DNA from: an uncultured delta proteobacterium
GTDB lineage: Bacteria; Desulfobacterota; RBG-13-43-22
DNA length: 64,000 bases
Reading direction: 5' to 3'
Assembly (NCBI GenBank): GCA_963743305.1
Contig: CAVUPH010000006.1
Location: forward strand, 96,001-160,000
This document shows, piece by piece, positions 29,133-38,921 of this stretch. Numbering within the stretch: the first letter of the stretch is position 1; the number at the start of each line of letters is the position of its first letter. The position numbers and the translations under genes are program-made. The notes below the pieces were generated by a model that saw nothing but the letters and a program-made list of their open reading frames with translations, made no database searches and had not been told where the DNA came from.

Positions 29133-29939
29133 TTACCTGGGGGGGGTAAGGGAAGAAAAATTCAGATACCAGGCGATGAGCTCGGGTCCCAGGAAAAGAT
29201 GGACCAGAGCGCCCAAAGCGAGGAAGGGTCCGAAAGGCAGGGCGTGGGTTCGCCCTTTTTTCCAGAACAGGATCAGGGCGATTCCCAGGATGCTGCCGAT
29301 CAGTGAGGAGATGATTATGGTAACCAGGACACCGGTCCAGCCCAAAAAAGCGCCGATCATGGCTAATAATTTGATATCTCCCCCGCCCATACCTTCTCTT
29401 TTCGCCAATAGTTCGTAGCCGGTGGCCAGCAGGTAGAGGAGACCGCCTCCAACCAGTAATCCTATCAGGGAGGATTTCCATCCGGGTTCTCCCGTCAGCC
29501 AGGATAATCCCAGGCCCACGACCAACCCCGGCAACGAAATAACGTCCGGGATGATTTGGTGCTCCCAGTCGATAAAAGTGACCACCACCAGGGCGCCGGC
29601 CAAAACGGCGCCCTGAAGGAAGAGCCAGGAAATTCCAAAACGCCAAACCAGGGCGACCATCAGGAAAGCCGTAAGGAGTTCGATCAGCGGATAGCGATAA
29701 GCGATGGGTTGTCGACAGTAGCGGCATGCCCCTCTTAATAGCAAGAAACTTACCAAAGGGATATTCTCCCAGGGGGACAGGCCGTGCCCACAGCGGGGAC
29801 AGTGCGAGCCCGGCCAAACGATGGACTCTTCCCGGGGCAGCCGATAAATACAGACATTGAAAAAACTGCCCAATACCAGACCCAACAGGCCAACCAGCCC
29901 ATAAACCATTATCGGCAAACCGTTCCCCAGAGTTGTCAT
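29133..29939 (-). CDS. pilD: Prepilin peptidase/N-methyltransferase
   Basis: GSFFNVCIYRLP, CPRC/CRYC, FIDWEHQIIPD, GMGGGDIKL, PFGPFL. Confidence 0.96.
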   Translation of the reverse strand: MTTLGNGLPIMVYGLVGLLGLVLGSFFNVCIYRLPREESIVWPGSHCPRCGHGLSPWENIPLVSFLLLRGACRYCRQPIAYRYPLIELLTAFLMVALVWRFGISWLFLQGAVLAGALVVVTFIDWEHQIIPDVISLPGLVVGLGLSWLTGEPGWKSSLIGLLVGGGLLYLLATGYELLAKREGMGGGDIKLLAMIGAFLGWTGVLVTIIISSLIGSILGIALILFWKKGRTHALPFGPFLALGALVHLFLGPELIAWYLNFSSLTPPR

Positions 29940-30101
29940 GGATTTAACCTTTCCTTCGGCCTACTATTCCGATAGTCTAATGAATTTGACAATTGTCCCG
30001 GTTCTCGGTACTATTACCATAAAGGGAAGAAACTTTACAGTCTTTGTGAACCGTTTACCTAATCGAATCCGCCGCCCGGACGCCGAGAAAGGGGCAGGTC
30101 T

Positions 30102-30710
30102 ATGATCTACCGCATCAACCCGCAAAATCCGCAAAAAAGACTGATTTCCAAAGCGGTGGACATCTTAAGGACCGGAGGGGTGATCGCCTACCCGACCGAC
30201 ACCATTTACGGTTTTGGTTGCGACATCCTGAACAAAAAAGCGATCCAGCGGATTTATCAGATCAAAAAACGGGACCGCTCCAAACCCTTCAGTTTTATCT
30301 GTTCCAACCTGAAAAATATCAGCGAATACGCCCAGGTGACCGACTATGCCTATAAGACCATGAAGCGCTTACTGCCCGGCCCTTATACCTTCATCCTGCC
30401 GGGAAGCAAACTGGTGCCCAAGATCATGCTGACCAAAAGGAAAACGGTGGGCATCCGGGTTCCCAATAATAACATTTGTTTGGCTATTGTCGAAGCTTTA
30501 GGGCATCCGATCATCAGCACCAGCGTCGGTTGGTCTGGCCGGGAGGTCTTAAGCGACCCGCAGCAGATCGAAGAAACCTTCGGCTCCCAGATAGAACTCA
30601 CGATTGACGGTGGAATCCTGCCCAACCAGCCCTCCAGCATCGTCTCGTTGTTGGACGACCTGCCGGAAGTCATTCGGGCCGGCCAGGGTGAGGTGAGTCA
30701 GTTTCTGTAA
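30102..30710 (+). CDS. tsaC: Sua5/YciO/YrdC-family threonylcarbamoyl-AMP synthase-like protein
   Basis: IAYPTDTIYG, LPGPYTFIL, VGIRVP; could be the YciO paralogue. Confidence 0.85.
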   Translation: MIYRINPQNPQKRLISKAVDILRTGGVIAYPTDTIYGFGCDILNKKAIQRIYQIKKRDRSKPFSFICSNLKNISEYAQVTDYAYKTMKRLLPGPYTFILPGSKLVPKIMLTKRKTVGIRVPNNNICLAIVEALGHPIISTSVGWSGREVLSDPQQIEETFGSQIELTIDGGILPNQPSSIVSLLDDLPEVIRAGQGEVSQFL

Positions 30711-30901
30711 AAAGCGGGGGAAATCCATAACAAGTCGAAAACGAATGTCGGTGTTTGGCATTAGACCATGGAAGAAGGATGGGAGAGACTTTTTTCGATC
30801 TCCCCAGTAGAAAACCTGCAGAAAGATGAGGCCTCCCCCTAGACGGGTCTAGATAGCCCTCCAGGGGGGGGTCGGGTTAGAGACGAAGGTTGGTTCCCGG
30901 T

Positions 30902-32758
30902 TCAGTCGGTATTTTCCTGGGGATCGAGAGAGGTCTTGGTTTTATTTTCCAATCCTTCCCGCAACAAATCCCCCAGGTTGGAACTGGCTTCCCGGGAAGT
31001 ATTGACATATTCCTTCACGTATTGTTGATCTTCTTCTTTTTTGGCCCGCCGAATAGACAATCCGATGCGCCGGTCCTTTTTATTGACATTGATGACTTTG
31101 GCGCTGATCAGGTCACCCACTTTAAATAGACCGACCGGGGTCTTGATTTTTTCCTTGCTCACCTCGGAAACATGCACCAGACCCTCGATCCCCTCTTCCA
31201 ACTCCACGAAGATACCGAAATCGGTCACATTGGTGATAATTCCGGTAACCATTGTCCCGGGGGCGTATTTTCGGGGGATATCCTCCCAGGGATCGATCTC
31301 CAACTGTTTGATGCCCAAAGAAAAACGTTCCTGATCCTTATCGATATGCAGGACCTTGGCCTGAATCTCCTGACCTTTTTTGTACAACTCGGCCGGGTGC
31401 TTGATGCGCTTGATCCAGGAAATATCTGAAATATGAACCAGCCCGTCAATGCCTTCATCGATGCCGATAAACAAGCCGAAGTCGGTAATATTCTTAATTT
31501 TTCCTTCAATAACCGTCCCCTCCGGATATTTTTCGGCAATCACATCCCAGGGATTCGGCTCTATCTGTTTCATGCCCAACGAGATGCGTTTCTTATCGGG
31601 GTCCACGGAAATGACCACGGCTTCCACCTGATCCCCCACCGAAACAACTTTCGATGGATGACGGATCTTCTGCGTCCAGGACATTTCCGAAACGTGAATC
31701 AGCCCTTCCACCCCGGTCTCCAGTTCCACAAAGGCCCCGTATTCGGTTAAGTTCACCACTTTTCCCTGAACCCGGGAACCGATTTGGTATTTTTCCGTTA
31801 CTACCGTCCAGGGATCGGCCAGAAGCTGTTTAAGTCCCAGAGAAACCCGCTGCCTTTCCCGGTCGAAATTCAAGACTACCACCCGTAGTGTTTCGCCCAC
31901 CTGGCAGATATCGGAAGGGTGACTGGCCCGACCCCAGGAAATATCGGTCACGTGCAACAGTCCGTCAATACCGCCTAAATCGATAAAGATCCCATAATCG
32001 GTGATATTCTTCACCACTCCTTCCAGAATCTGCCCCTTTTCCAGGGTATCCAATATCTGGTTTCGCTGACTTTCCCTTTCTTTTTCCAATATGGATCGCC
32101 GGGACAGAACGACATTGTTCCGCTTCTTATTGTATTTCAATATCTTAAAAAAGAGGGTTTGGCCGATGAGATGATCCATATCCCGAACCGGTTGAAGATC
32201 CACTTGCGATCCGGGCAAAAAGGCCGGCAGGCCGATATCGACAGACAGGCCGCCCTTCACTTTCCCGACTACCCGGCCTTCAATGACCCCGTCATCCCGG
32301 TAGATCCGGCTGATTTCATCCCAGATTAAAATCTTCGCCGCCCGTTCCTTGGAAAGACGGATATCGCCGTCATCTTCGTCTTCCCGCTTTTCAATGAGCA
32401 CATCGATCCAATCGCCGACCTTGGCGGTTATTTCCCCGCCAACCGAACTCATAAATTCATCGATCGGGATCCGTCCCTCGGACTTATATCCGATATCGAC
32501 CATGACAAATTCTTTCTCAATGCTCACGATCTTACCCCGAACGACTTCCCCCTCCTGGTAGGTTTTCAAGCTTTCTTCATATAAAGTCTGGAATTCCTGT
32601 TCCCCCTGGACGGTTACCACGGATTCCTGGGTGGACGGTTCCTCCAAAGTCTGGAGATCCTCTTCCCCCCTGTCGGTTACCACGGATTCCTGGACGGACG
32701 GTTCCTCAGTGTTGGTTTCTTGTTCAGGTTTACCCATTTCCTCGTTGTTTTTTTCCAT
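30902..32758 (-). CDS. rpsA: 30S ribosomal protein S1
   Basis: Six S1 domains (DIGYKSEG, FLPGSQVD, GLLHVTDISW and others). Confidence 0.98.
   Translation of the reverse strand: MEKNNEEMGKPEQETNTEEPSVQESVVTDRGEEDLQTLEEPSTQESVVTVQGEQEFQTLYEESLKTYQEGEVVRGKIVSIEKEFVMVDIGYKSEGRIPIDEFMSSVGGEITAKVGDWIDVLIEKREDEDDGDIRLSKERAAKILIWDEISRIYRDDGVIEGRVVGKVKGGLSVDIGLPAFLPGSQVDLQPVRDMDHLIGQTLFFKILKYNKKRNNVVLSRRSILEKERESQRNQILDTLEKGQILEGVVKNITDYGIFIDLGGIDGLLHVTDISWGRASHPSDICQVGETLRVVVLNFDRERQRVSLGLKQLLADPWTVVTEKYQIGSRVQGKVVNLTEYGAFVELETGVEGLIHVSEMSWTQKIRHPSKVVSVGDQVEAVVISVDPDKKRISLGMKQIEPNPWDVIAEKYPEGTVIEGKIKNITDFGLFIGIDEGIDGLVHISDISWIKRIKHPAELYKKGQEIQAKVLHIDKDQERFSLGIKQLEIDPWEDIPRKYAPGTMVTGIITNVTDFGIFVELEEGIEGLVHVSEVSKEKIKTPVGLFKVGDLISAKVINVNKKDRRIGLSIRRAKKEEDQQYVKEYVNTSREASSNLGDLLREGLENKTKTSLDPQENTD
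32582..32707 (-). repeat. 63-bp (21-aa) tandem duplication in the rpsA N-terminus
   Basis: EEPSVQESVVTDRGEEDLQTL / EEPSTQESVVTVQGEQEFQTL. Confidence 0.9.
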
Positions 32759-32945
32759 TTAATTGTTTATCCCCCTCAAAATCCTGGTTTATTATCCCGA
32801 CCGCCTCTCCCTGACGGACAGGTGACCTTCAAAATCGAAATCAGCGTACAGACCAACCTCACTAAATCCGTATTAAAACTTTTCATTTATATCAAAAATA
32901 AATAAAAAATCAAGTTTTTTCGTCAGCTTCGAAAAATAATAGGTT

Positions 32946-33200
32946 GTTCGCCCTTTTGGGTGGGTGGCCACAATAAAATGCAGCTTAGGGGGTCGCCGGG
33001 TCTCGGCGAAAGGGTTTTCCACATTGTCTTTTGGGTTCTAACCCGGCCCCGGTGTCTTCAAATCTTCCGGGAGGCAGGGCCAGCCTGGGAGGCATCAAAA
33101 GACTCGGAGTATGGGCCTGCTTTAAAAAAAGTTAGTCACTTTGGCCCGGGATCAAAGTCCGAAGTACCTTGGAAAAACCTTTCGCCGAGACCCGGCGACC
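32946..33200. repeat. Nested inverted-repeat element, copy B
   Basis: GTTCGCCCTTTTGGGTGGG; GGTCGCCGGGTCTCGGCGAAAGGGTTTTCC ... GGAAAAACCTTTCGCCGAGACCCGGCGACC. Confidence 0.9.
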
Positions 33201-33257
33201 GTACCCGATAGGCGGGGAGCATCAAATAATTACCATATTCCCCGGTAGACTCCCGGC

Positions 33258-33935
33258 TCAGACCGCCGGAGGGGACAGGCTGATTTTGGCCAACATTTTT
33301 TGCAATACCTCGTCAATCGAACAGCCGGAAGTATCAAGGACCAAGGCGTCGCTGGCCGGACGCAAAGGGGCTAAGGCCCGCTGTTGATCTCGAAGATCCC
33401 GCTGAGCCATTTCGGCCAGCACTTCGTCCAGACTCGGCGAGGGATACCCCGACTGGACCAATTCCCTTAATCGTCGCCGGGCCCGAACCTCCAGGGAGGC
33501 CTCCAAAAAAAACTTGATGGGAGCTTCGGGAAAAACCACGGTCCCCATATCCCGTCCCTCGGCGATCAAGCCCCCCAAAGACCCTATCCGCCTTTGTTTT
33601 TCGGTCAGAATTTCCCTGACCTCAGGCCGGGACGAAAAAATTGAGGCCCATTGACTGATTTCCGATTGTCGAATTTTCCGGGTGACTTCCACCCCTCCTA
33701 CTTGAACCGTTTGCCGGTCCCCCACCCCCTTTATTTCCACTTCAAGGGAAAGGATAAAGGCTTTTAATGGTTCTCCGCTTAAATGGCCTGCCCCCTTCTC
33801 TCGCAGAGCCCAGGCCACCGCCCGGTACATGGCCCCGGTATCCAGACATTCGAATCCCAGCCGATCGGCCAGCAGCCGGCATAAGGTGCTTTTCCCGCTG
33901 CCGGCCGGTCCGTCAATGGTGATGATGGGGAGCAT
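33258..33935 (-). CDS. cmk: Cytidylate kinase
   Basis: IDGPAGSGKST, LDTGAMYRA, EGRDMGTVVFP. Confidence 0.97.
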   Translation of the reverse strand: MLPIITIDGPAGSGKSTLCRLLADRLGFECLDTGAMYRAVAWALREKGAGHLSGEPLKAFILSLEVEIKGVGDRQTVQVGGVEVTRKIRQSEISQWASIFSSRPEVREILTEKQRRIGSLGGLIAEGRDMGTVVFPEAPIKFFLEASLEVRARRRLRELVQSGYPSPSLDEVLAEMAQRDLRDQQRALAPLRPASDALVLDTSGCSIDEVLQKMLAKISLSPPAV

Positions 33936-35040
33936 ACCCTGTTTTTCCTAACGAAAGGCGGAGGGCACTTAAAAACTTGGAGTTTTCCGAAGGAAGGCCG
34001 ACATTGACCCGTATGAACCGATCCAAACCGAAGCTTTTCATGGAGCGAATGATTACCCCCTGGCGGAGCATGTTCTCGTACAATATCTGGGCTTCCAGGG
34101 GGACTTCAATCAAAATAAAGTTGGTTTGCGAAGGGACTACCCTCAACCCCAGACGTTCAAGCTCCACTTCCAGCTTTTTCCTGCCCCTCAGGATCAGGCG
34201 GCGGGTCTTTTGATAGAAAGAATCGTCTTCCAGTGCCCCCAACGCTCCGGCTAAGGCCAGTGAATTCACATTGAAGGGTTGTCGGACCCGATTCAGGTAG
34301 TCCGCCAGTTCCGGGCTGGTCAACCCGTAACCTATTCGTAACCCGGCGAGACCGTAGGCCTTGGAAAAAGTGCGAACCACCAACAGATTCTTGTACTTGG
34401 CCAAATAATCCGTCCCCACAGGGCAGTTAGGATCCTCCACAAAATCGATATAAGCCTCATCCAGAAGTATCAATACTCCGGACGGCACTCGTTTTATAAA
34501 ATATTCCCAGTCCTTGCGGGACACAACGGTTCCGGTCGGATTGTTGGGATTGTTAACGATCACTATTCTGGTCCGCGGACCAATCCCTTTAAGCAGCCCT
34601 TTCAAGTCCACCGTAAATCCTGCTAAAGGGATCAATCGGTTTCGCCCGTTCAAGGCCTGAACGGCCTTGGTGTACATCAAAAAAGAGGGAAAAGGGGAAA
34701 GGACTTCGTCTCCCGGAGTCATGAAGGTTTTCAGGGCCAACTCAATGATCTCGTTGGATCCGTTGCCCAAAAATATCCGGCTCGCCTCCACCCTTAACCG
34801 TTCACTTAAGGCCTGCTTCAGATAATAGCCGCTTCCATCCGGGTAGCGGTGCAACTGGGCCAGCTCCCGTTGAATCGCCAAAACCGCTTTAGGGGAAGGT
34901 CCCAGCGGATTTTCATTGGAGGCCAGTTTAACTACTTCTCGGATCCCATATTCCCGGGTTAACTCGTCAATGGGTTTTCCGGGAGGATAGGGTACCAAGT
35001 CCTGGATGGTTTTCTTTACCGAGGGTAATCGCTTTTCCAT
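33913..35040 (-). CDS. hisC: Histidinol-phosphate aminotransferase
   Basis: KLASNENPLG, RYPD, NNPNNPTG, RTFSKAYGLAGLRIG. Confidence 0.95.
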   Translation of the reverse strand: MEKRLPSVKKTIQDLVPYPPGKPIDELTREYGIREVVKLASNENPLGPSPKAVLAIQRELAQLHRYPDGSGYYLKQALSERLRVEASRIFLGNGSNEIIELALKTFMTPGDEVLSPFPSFLMYTKAVQALNGRNRLIPLAGFTVDLKGLLKGIGPRTRIVIVNNPNNPTGTVVSRKDWEYFIKRVPSGVLILLDEAYIDFVEDPNCPVGTDYLAKYKNLLVVRTFSKAYGLAGLRIGYGLTSPELADYLNRVRQPFNVNSLALAGALGALEDDSFYQKTRRLILRGRKKLEVELERLGLRVVPSQTNFILIEVPLEAQILYENMLRQGVIIRSMKSFGLDRFIRVNVGLPSENSKFLSALRLSLGKTGYAPHHHH

Positions 35041-35199
35041 AGAGCCCTTATATCATCCTACTTTGAAAAATCAACTGCTAATTTTTTCTGTTCAGAGGTG
35101 ATCTTTTTCCTTGCATTTTTAAATAATATCAGTATCCTTTGCTATCAAGGTCTCTAAAAAGCGTTAAGTTTTCCCAAATTAAAAAGGAGAATTGGGGTT

Positions 35200-35478
35200 A
35201 TGAATAAATCGCAATTGATTGAAGCCTTGGCCAAAATGCAGGGTTTGACCATTAAAAATGCCGAATTCGTGGTCACCAATTTTTTTGATAGTATTGAGTT
35301 GGCTTTAGTACACCGGGAGCGTGTGGAAATTCGGGGGTTCGGAAGTTTTAAGGTTAAGAACTACCAGGGTTACCAGGGAAGAAACCCCAAAACCGGCTCG
35401 GTGATCAATGTCAACCAAAAAAAGCTTCCTTTTTTTAAAGTCGGCAAAGAATTGAAAGAAATGGTCGATATCTTATAG
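35200..35478 (+). CDS. ihfB: Integration host factor beta / HU-family protein
   Basis: MNKSQLI, RVEIRGFGSF, GRNPKTG, PFFKVGKELKE. Confidence 0.9.
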   Translation: MNKSQLIEALAKMQGLTIKNAEFVVTNFFDSIELALVHRERVEIRGFGSFKVKNYQGYQGRNPKTGSVINVNQKKLPFFKVGKELKEMVDIL

Positions 35479-35488
35479 AGTTATGCAG

Positions 35489-35758
35489 CTTGGTCGTGCT
35501 AGGCGGGGAGTTAGCGGTGCCCTGTACCCGAAATCCGCTTATGCGGGGCTGAATATCCTCTTGAGGACTTGAAATAGCCATGGTGATTACCTCTCTTGAA
35601 ATTGGGATTGGACGTTACGCAACAAACGATTATGAACCCCGTCAGGTCCGGGAGGAAGCAGCGGTAAATAATGCGGTTTGTGTCGTAACTGCCTCTAGTC
35701 TTTTGTTTCAGGCAGGGGACACCCTGGCTGTTGGTTCGAGAGAGGATGCACGGCCAAG
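35489..35758 (+). ncRNA. ffs: Signal recognition particle RNA, large bacterial type with Alu domain
   Basis: S-domain AACCCCGTCAGGTCCGGGAGGAAGCAGCGG; 5' CTTGGTCGTGC pairs with 3' GCACGGCCAAG; Alu-like GGCGGGGAG..CCCTGTACCCG. Confidence 0.92.
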
Positions 35759-35936
35759 AATAGGTTTAAATCCTTAAAGGACGCGAGGGGATGCCTTTCA
35801 GCTTTTTGTTTCCTGATGTCAAACCCTTGACCCTAATTTCCTTTTTTGTCACGAAAACAAGACAGTACGAGATGGCTCCGGGCGATATTTATGTTTAATT
35901 ATTTGAAATTATTTAATATTTTTATTTTACTGGTTT

Positions 35937-35952
35937 TGGCATATGAATTGCT
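35937..35952 (+). promoter_or_regulatory. Sigma54 promoter of pilMNOPQ
   Basis: TGGCATA-TGAA-TTGCT; IHF-like TTTCAAATAATTA on the minus strand near 35896-35908. Confidence 0.78.
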
Positions 35953-36021
35953 TTAATTCCGACGAAATGTTTATATTTTAGATTGAGGATAAACGAATTT
36001 CCAAAGAGACGCTGAACCGAA

Positions 36022-37080
36022 TTGATGCGCTTTTCCAAACCCACTAAACTCATCGGGGTCGATATAGGTTCACAAGCCATTAAGGTTTGCCAAGTTGATC
36101 AATCGTCCGCTGGAATTGCCCTCGAACATTACGGACAGACCGACCTCCCTCCCCACTCCATTCAAGACGGCAGCATAAAAGATCACCAGGTCATTGCCAG
36201 AAGCTTAGCCACCTTATTGGAGCACTTAGAAATCTCGACCAAGGAGGCGGCCTTTGCCATTTCCGGTTATTCGGTCATAATCAAGAAAATCACCCTGCCC
36301 TTGTTGACCGAAAAGGAGTTGTCCGAGACTATCCATCTGGAAGCCGAACAACATATCCCTTTTGATGTCCGGGAAGTGAATCTGGACTTCCAAATACTTG
36401 GGCCGTTAAAAGATGAACCGGATACCATGGCCGTTTTACTGGTAGCCGGAAAAAAAGATATTTTAGAGACCTATCAGCAGATACTTCAGACGGCTGGATT
36501 AGAGGTCAAGATTGCCGATGTGACCGCCTTTTCTCTCCAGAATGCCTACGAAGTCAATTACCCCTTGAGCGGGAACCCGATTGCCGTTCTGGATCTGGGA
36601 TCGGACCTCATTACCGTTAATGTGTTTAATTCTTCGGGGCCTCTTTTCATCCGGGATTTGCCTTTGGGCGGCCGGCAGATAACTGAACAGATTCAAACCC
36701 AGGGCAAGCTGTCCTTTAATGAGGCCGAAGAGTCCAAGTTAAAATGGGACCCCTCCGTTCGGTCACTGGAGTCCATCGGTCCGGCCGTTTTGAATACCCT
36801 CGCCTCCTGGGCTGAGGAAATTAAAAGGGCCTTTGATTTCCTGGCCGCCTCCGATCCCGAAAGCCGCCCGACCAAGGTCGTTCTTTCCGGGGGATCAGCC
36901 TTGATCCCCGGACTGGCCCCGTTCTTTTCCCGGGAATTGAAGCTTCCGGTGGAACTGTTCAACCCCTTTACTCAGGTTAAAGTGAATCCCGACGTCTTTG
37001 ATCGAGAGTCACTCAACCGGGTGGCCCCCCAGGCAGTGACCGCTCTGGGGTTGGCCTTACGCCGGAGAGGCGATCGATGA
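36022..37080 (+). CDS. pilM: Type IV pilus assembly protein PilM
   Basis: IGVDIGS, EAEQHIPF, LSGGSA; actin-like fold motifs. Confidence 0.95.
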   Translation: MMRFSKPTKLIGVDIGSQAIKVCQVDQSSAGIALEHYGQTDLPPHSIQDGSIKDHQVIARSLATLLEHLEISTKEAAFAISGYSVIIKKITLPLLTEKELSETIHLEAEQHIPFDVREVNLDFQILGPLKDEPDTMAVLLVAGKKDILETYQQILQTAGLEVKIADVTAFSLQNAYEVNYPLSGNPIAVLDLGSDLITVNVFNSSGPLFIRDLPLGGRQITEQIQTQGKLSFNEAEESKLKWDPSVRSLESIGPAVLNTLASWAEEIKRAFDFLAASDPESRPTKVVLSGGSALIPGLAPFFSRELKLPVELFNPFTQVKVNPDVFDRESLNRVAPQAVTALGLALRRRGDR

Positions 37081-37685
37081 TCCGGATCAATCTGTTATCC
37101 AGGGAGGAACCGCGGGGAACGGATAAGTCCTCGTGGATCCGGAATATTTTTATACTCTCCCTGGGAGCGATCCTGGCTTTCGTCATCATCGGGTACTGGA
37201 TATTAGGCGCGCAGATTCAGCGTTTGGAGACAGAGCGCTTAAGCCTGGAAAAACAGGCCCAGGGTTTTTCGACCCTGCAACGGGAAATCAAGGTCTTGAA
37301 AGACAAGAAGGAATTGGCCCAGAACCGTCTGGTCCTGCTGACCCGACTGGAAAAAGAAAGACACGGCCCGGTGCGATTATTGGAGCAACTCGCCGTGGCC
37401 CTGCCGGTTAATCAGCTTTGGATCACCGCCCTAAAGGAAACGGACTCGGAGATCCGCTTGGACGGGATGAGCTTAAGCAATCAAGTCCTGGCCGATTACA
37501 TGAAACGATTGGATACCCTGGAACCCATTTCGCGGGTCGATTTAATCCAATCCAGCCAGGTAACCTACCCGACAGCGACCAAGGGACAACCCCCTCCTAC
37601 TTGGGAGATCAAAATCAACCAATTCACGATCACCGCCCTCAAAAAAGGGTCGGTGAGGCCTCCGGCGCCGGTGGAGAAAAAATAA
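37077..37685 (+). CDS. pilN: PilN
   Basis: MIRINLL, TM helix, coiled coil, LWIT. Confidence 0.93.
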   Translation: MIRINLLSREEPRGTDKSSWIRNIFILSLGAILAFVIIGYWILGAQIQRLETERLSLEKQAQGFSTLQREIKVLKDKKELAQNRLVLLTRLEKERHGPVRLLEQLAVALPVNQLWITALKETDSEIRLDGMSLSNQVLADYMKRLDTLEPISRVDLIQSSQVTYPTATKGQPPPTWEIKINQFTITALKKGSVRPPAPVEKK

Positions 37686-37689
37686 AGCC

Positions 37690-38343
37690 ATGGCCTTTTA
37701 CACCCCGCTGGTCGATCAATGGATCATGCTCAGTCCGGCCAAAAAAATAGCCGCCGGGGCTTGCGGCCTGGTTTTGTTGGCCCTGGCCCTGAGTCTCTTC
37801 ATTCTTAAGCCGAAATGGGATAAACGGGTGGAGCTTCAGGAAGATGTCCTTCGGGGTCGGGAACGGTTGGCCCAAATACAAAAAACGTTGGCTCAAATCA
37901 AACAATTTCAGAACGATCTGGTCCAGATTGATCTTCAACTCAAAGAAGTGACCGCTGTACTTCCCGCAGACAAGGAGATTCCGGAACTCTTAAAATCCGT
38001 TTCCTCTGTCGGTCAACAGAACGGCTTGGAATTTTTGCTTTTTAAGCCGGAACCGGAAATCGCCCGCGATTTTATTACTGAAGTCCCTGTTAGCGTTCAA
38101 CTGAGGGGCCATTACCACCAGATGGGTATTTTCTTTGATCAGATCCGTCGTCTCCCCCGCTTGATTAACGTCCATAACCTGGAAATGGGGGCCTATGACG
38201 AAAAATCAGGCCAGATAACCGCCCGATGTCAATTGGTAACCTACAAGCTTTTGTCAACCCCGGTTCCGACACCGGGACAGCCCCCCCAAAGCCCCTCGGC
38301 CTCGGGGACCAAACCCGTTCCCCCGGAGAGCAAAGTAAAATGA
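37690..38343 (+). CDS. pilO: PilO
   Basis: LPADKEIPELL, EVPVSVQLRGHYH..FFD..LPRLIN. Confidence 0.93.
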   Translation: MAFYTPLVDQWIMLSPAKKIAAGACGLVLLALALSLFILKPKWDKRVELQEDVLRGRERLAQIQKTLAQIKQFQNDLVQIDLQLKEVTAVLPADKEIPELLKSVSSVGQQNGLEFLLFKPEPEIARDFITEVPVSVQLRGHYHQMGIFFDQIRRLPRLINVHNLEMGAYDEKSGQITARCQLVTYKLLSTPVPTPGQPPQSPSASGTKPVPPESKVK

Positions 38344-38855
38344 TCCAAAAATTCAAATATTTTTGGATAGGTATTTGTATCCTGGCCGCCTACGGGTGCG
38401 GTCCTTCCGGGGAAAGGCCGATCGCTCAAAAGCTAACACCCCTGACCTTGGGAAAAACCTTAACCCCTCAAATGGCCCTGCCGCCGTCGGCCGGTCCCTC
38501 GACTTTGCCGCCTAAAACTGAACCGTACTACGACCCCAGCGGAAAGCCGGATCCTTTCCAGCCACCGGTGCTGGAGCAGCCCCAACAGACCAAACAACAA
38601 CTTCCGCTGCAAAAGTTTGAAGTAAGTGAATTTCAGTTGGTTTCAACTGTCACCGGTCCGGGTGAAAAAAAGGCTATGGTCCAGGATCCCTTTGGAAAAG
38701 GGTACCTTATCAAGGTGGGGACTCCCATCGGCAAAAACCAGGGGCGGGTGGTGGCTATTGCGAATCGGGAAATTTTGATAAAAGAAACAATTAAAGACTA
38801 TTTGGGCCGGGAAAAGCCCCGAACCGTACTTTTAAAAATGCCCCTGGCCCCTTAG
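38340..38855 (+). CDS. pilP: PilP lipoprotein
   Basis: Lipobox AAYGC, YDPSGKPDPF, PLQKF, GYLIKVGT.IG; ATG overlaps the pilO stop. Confidence 0.92.
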   Translation: MIQKFKYFWIGICILAAYGCGPSGERPIAQKLTPLTLGKTLTPQMALPPSAGPSTLPPKTEPYYDPSGKPDPFQPPVLEQPQQTKQQLPLQKFEVSEFQLVSTVTGPGEKKAMVQDPFGKGYLIKVGTPIGKNQGRVVAIANREILIKETIKDYLGREKPRTVLLKMPLAP

Positions 38856-38921
38856 GTGCTTACATAACTTGCTAACCTATTTTCTATTTGAACGGAACTC
38901 CAATCATTCGGTGAGGAGCCA

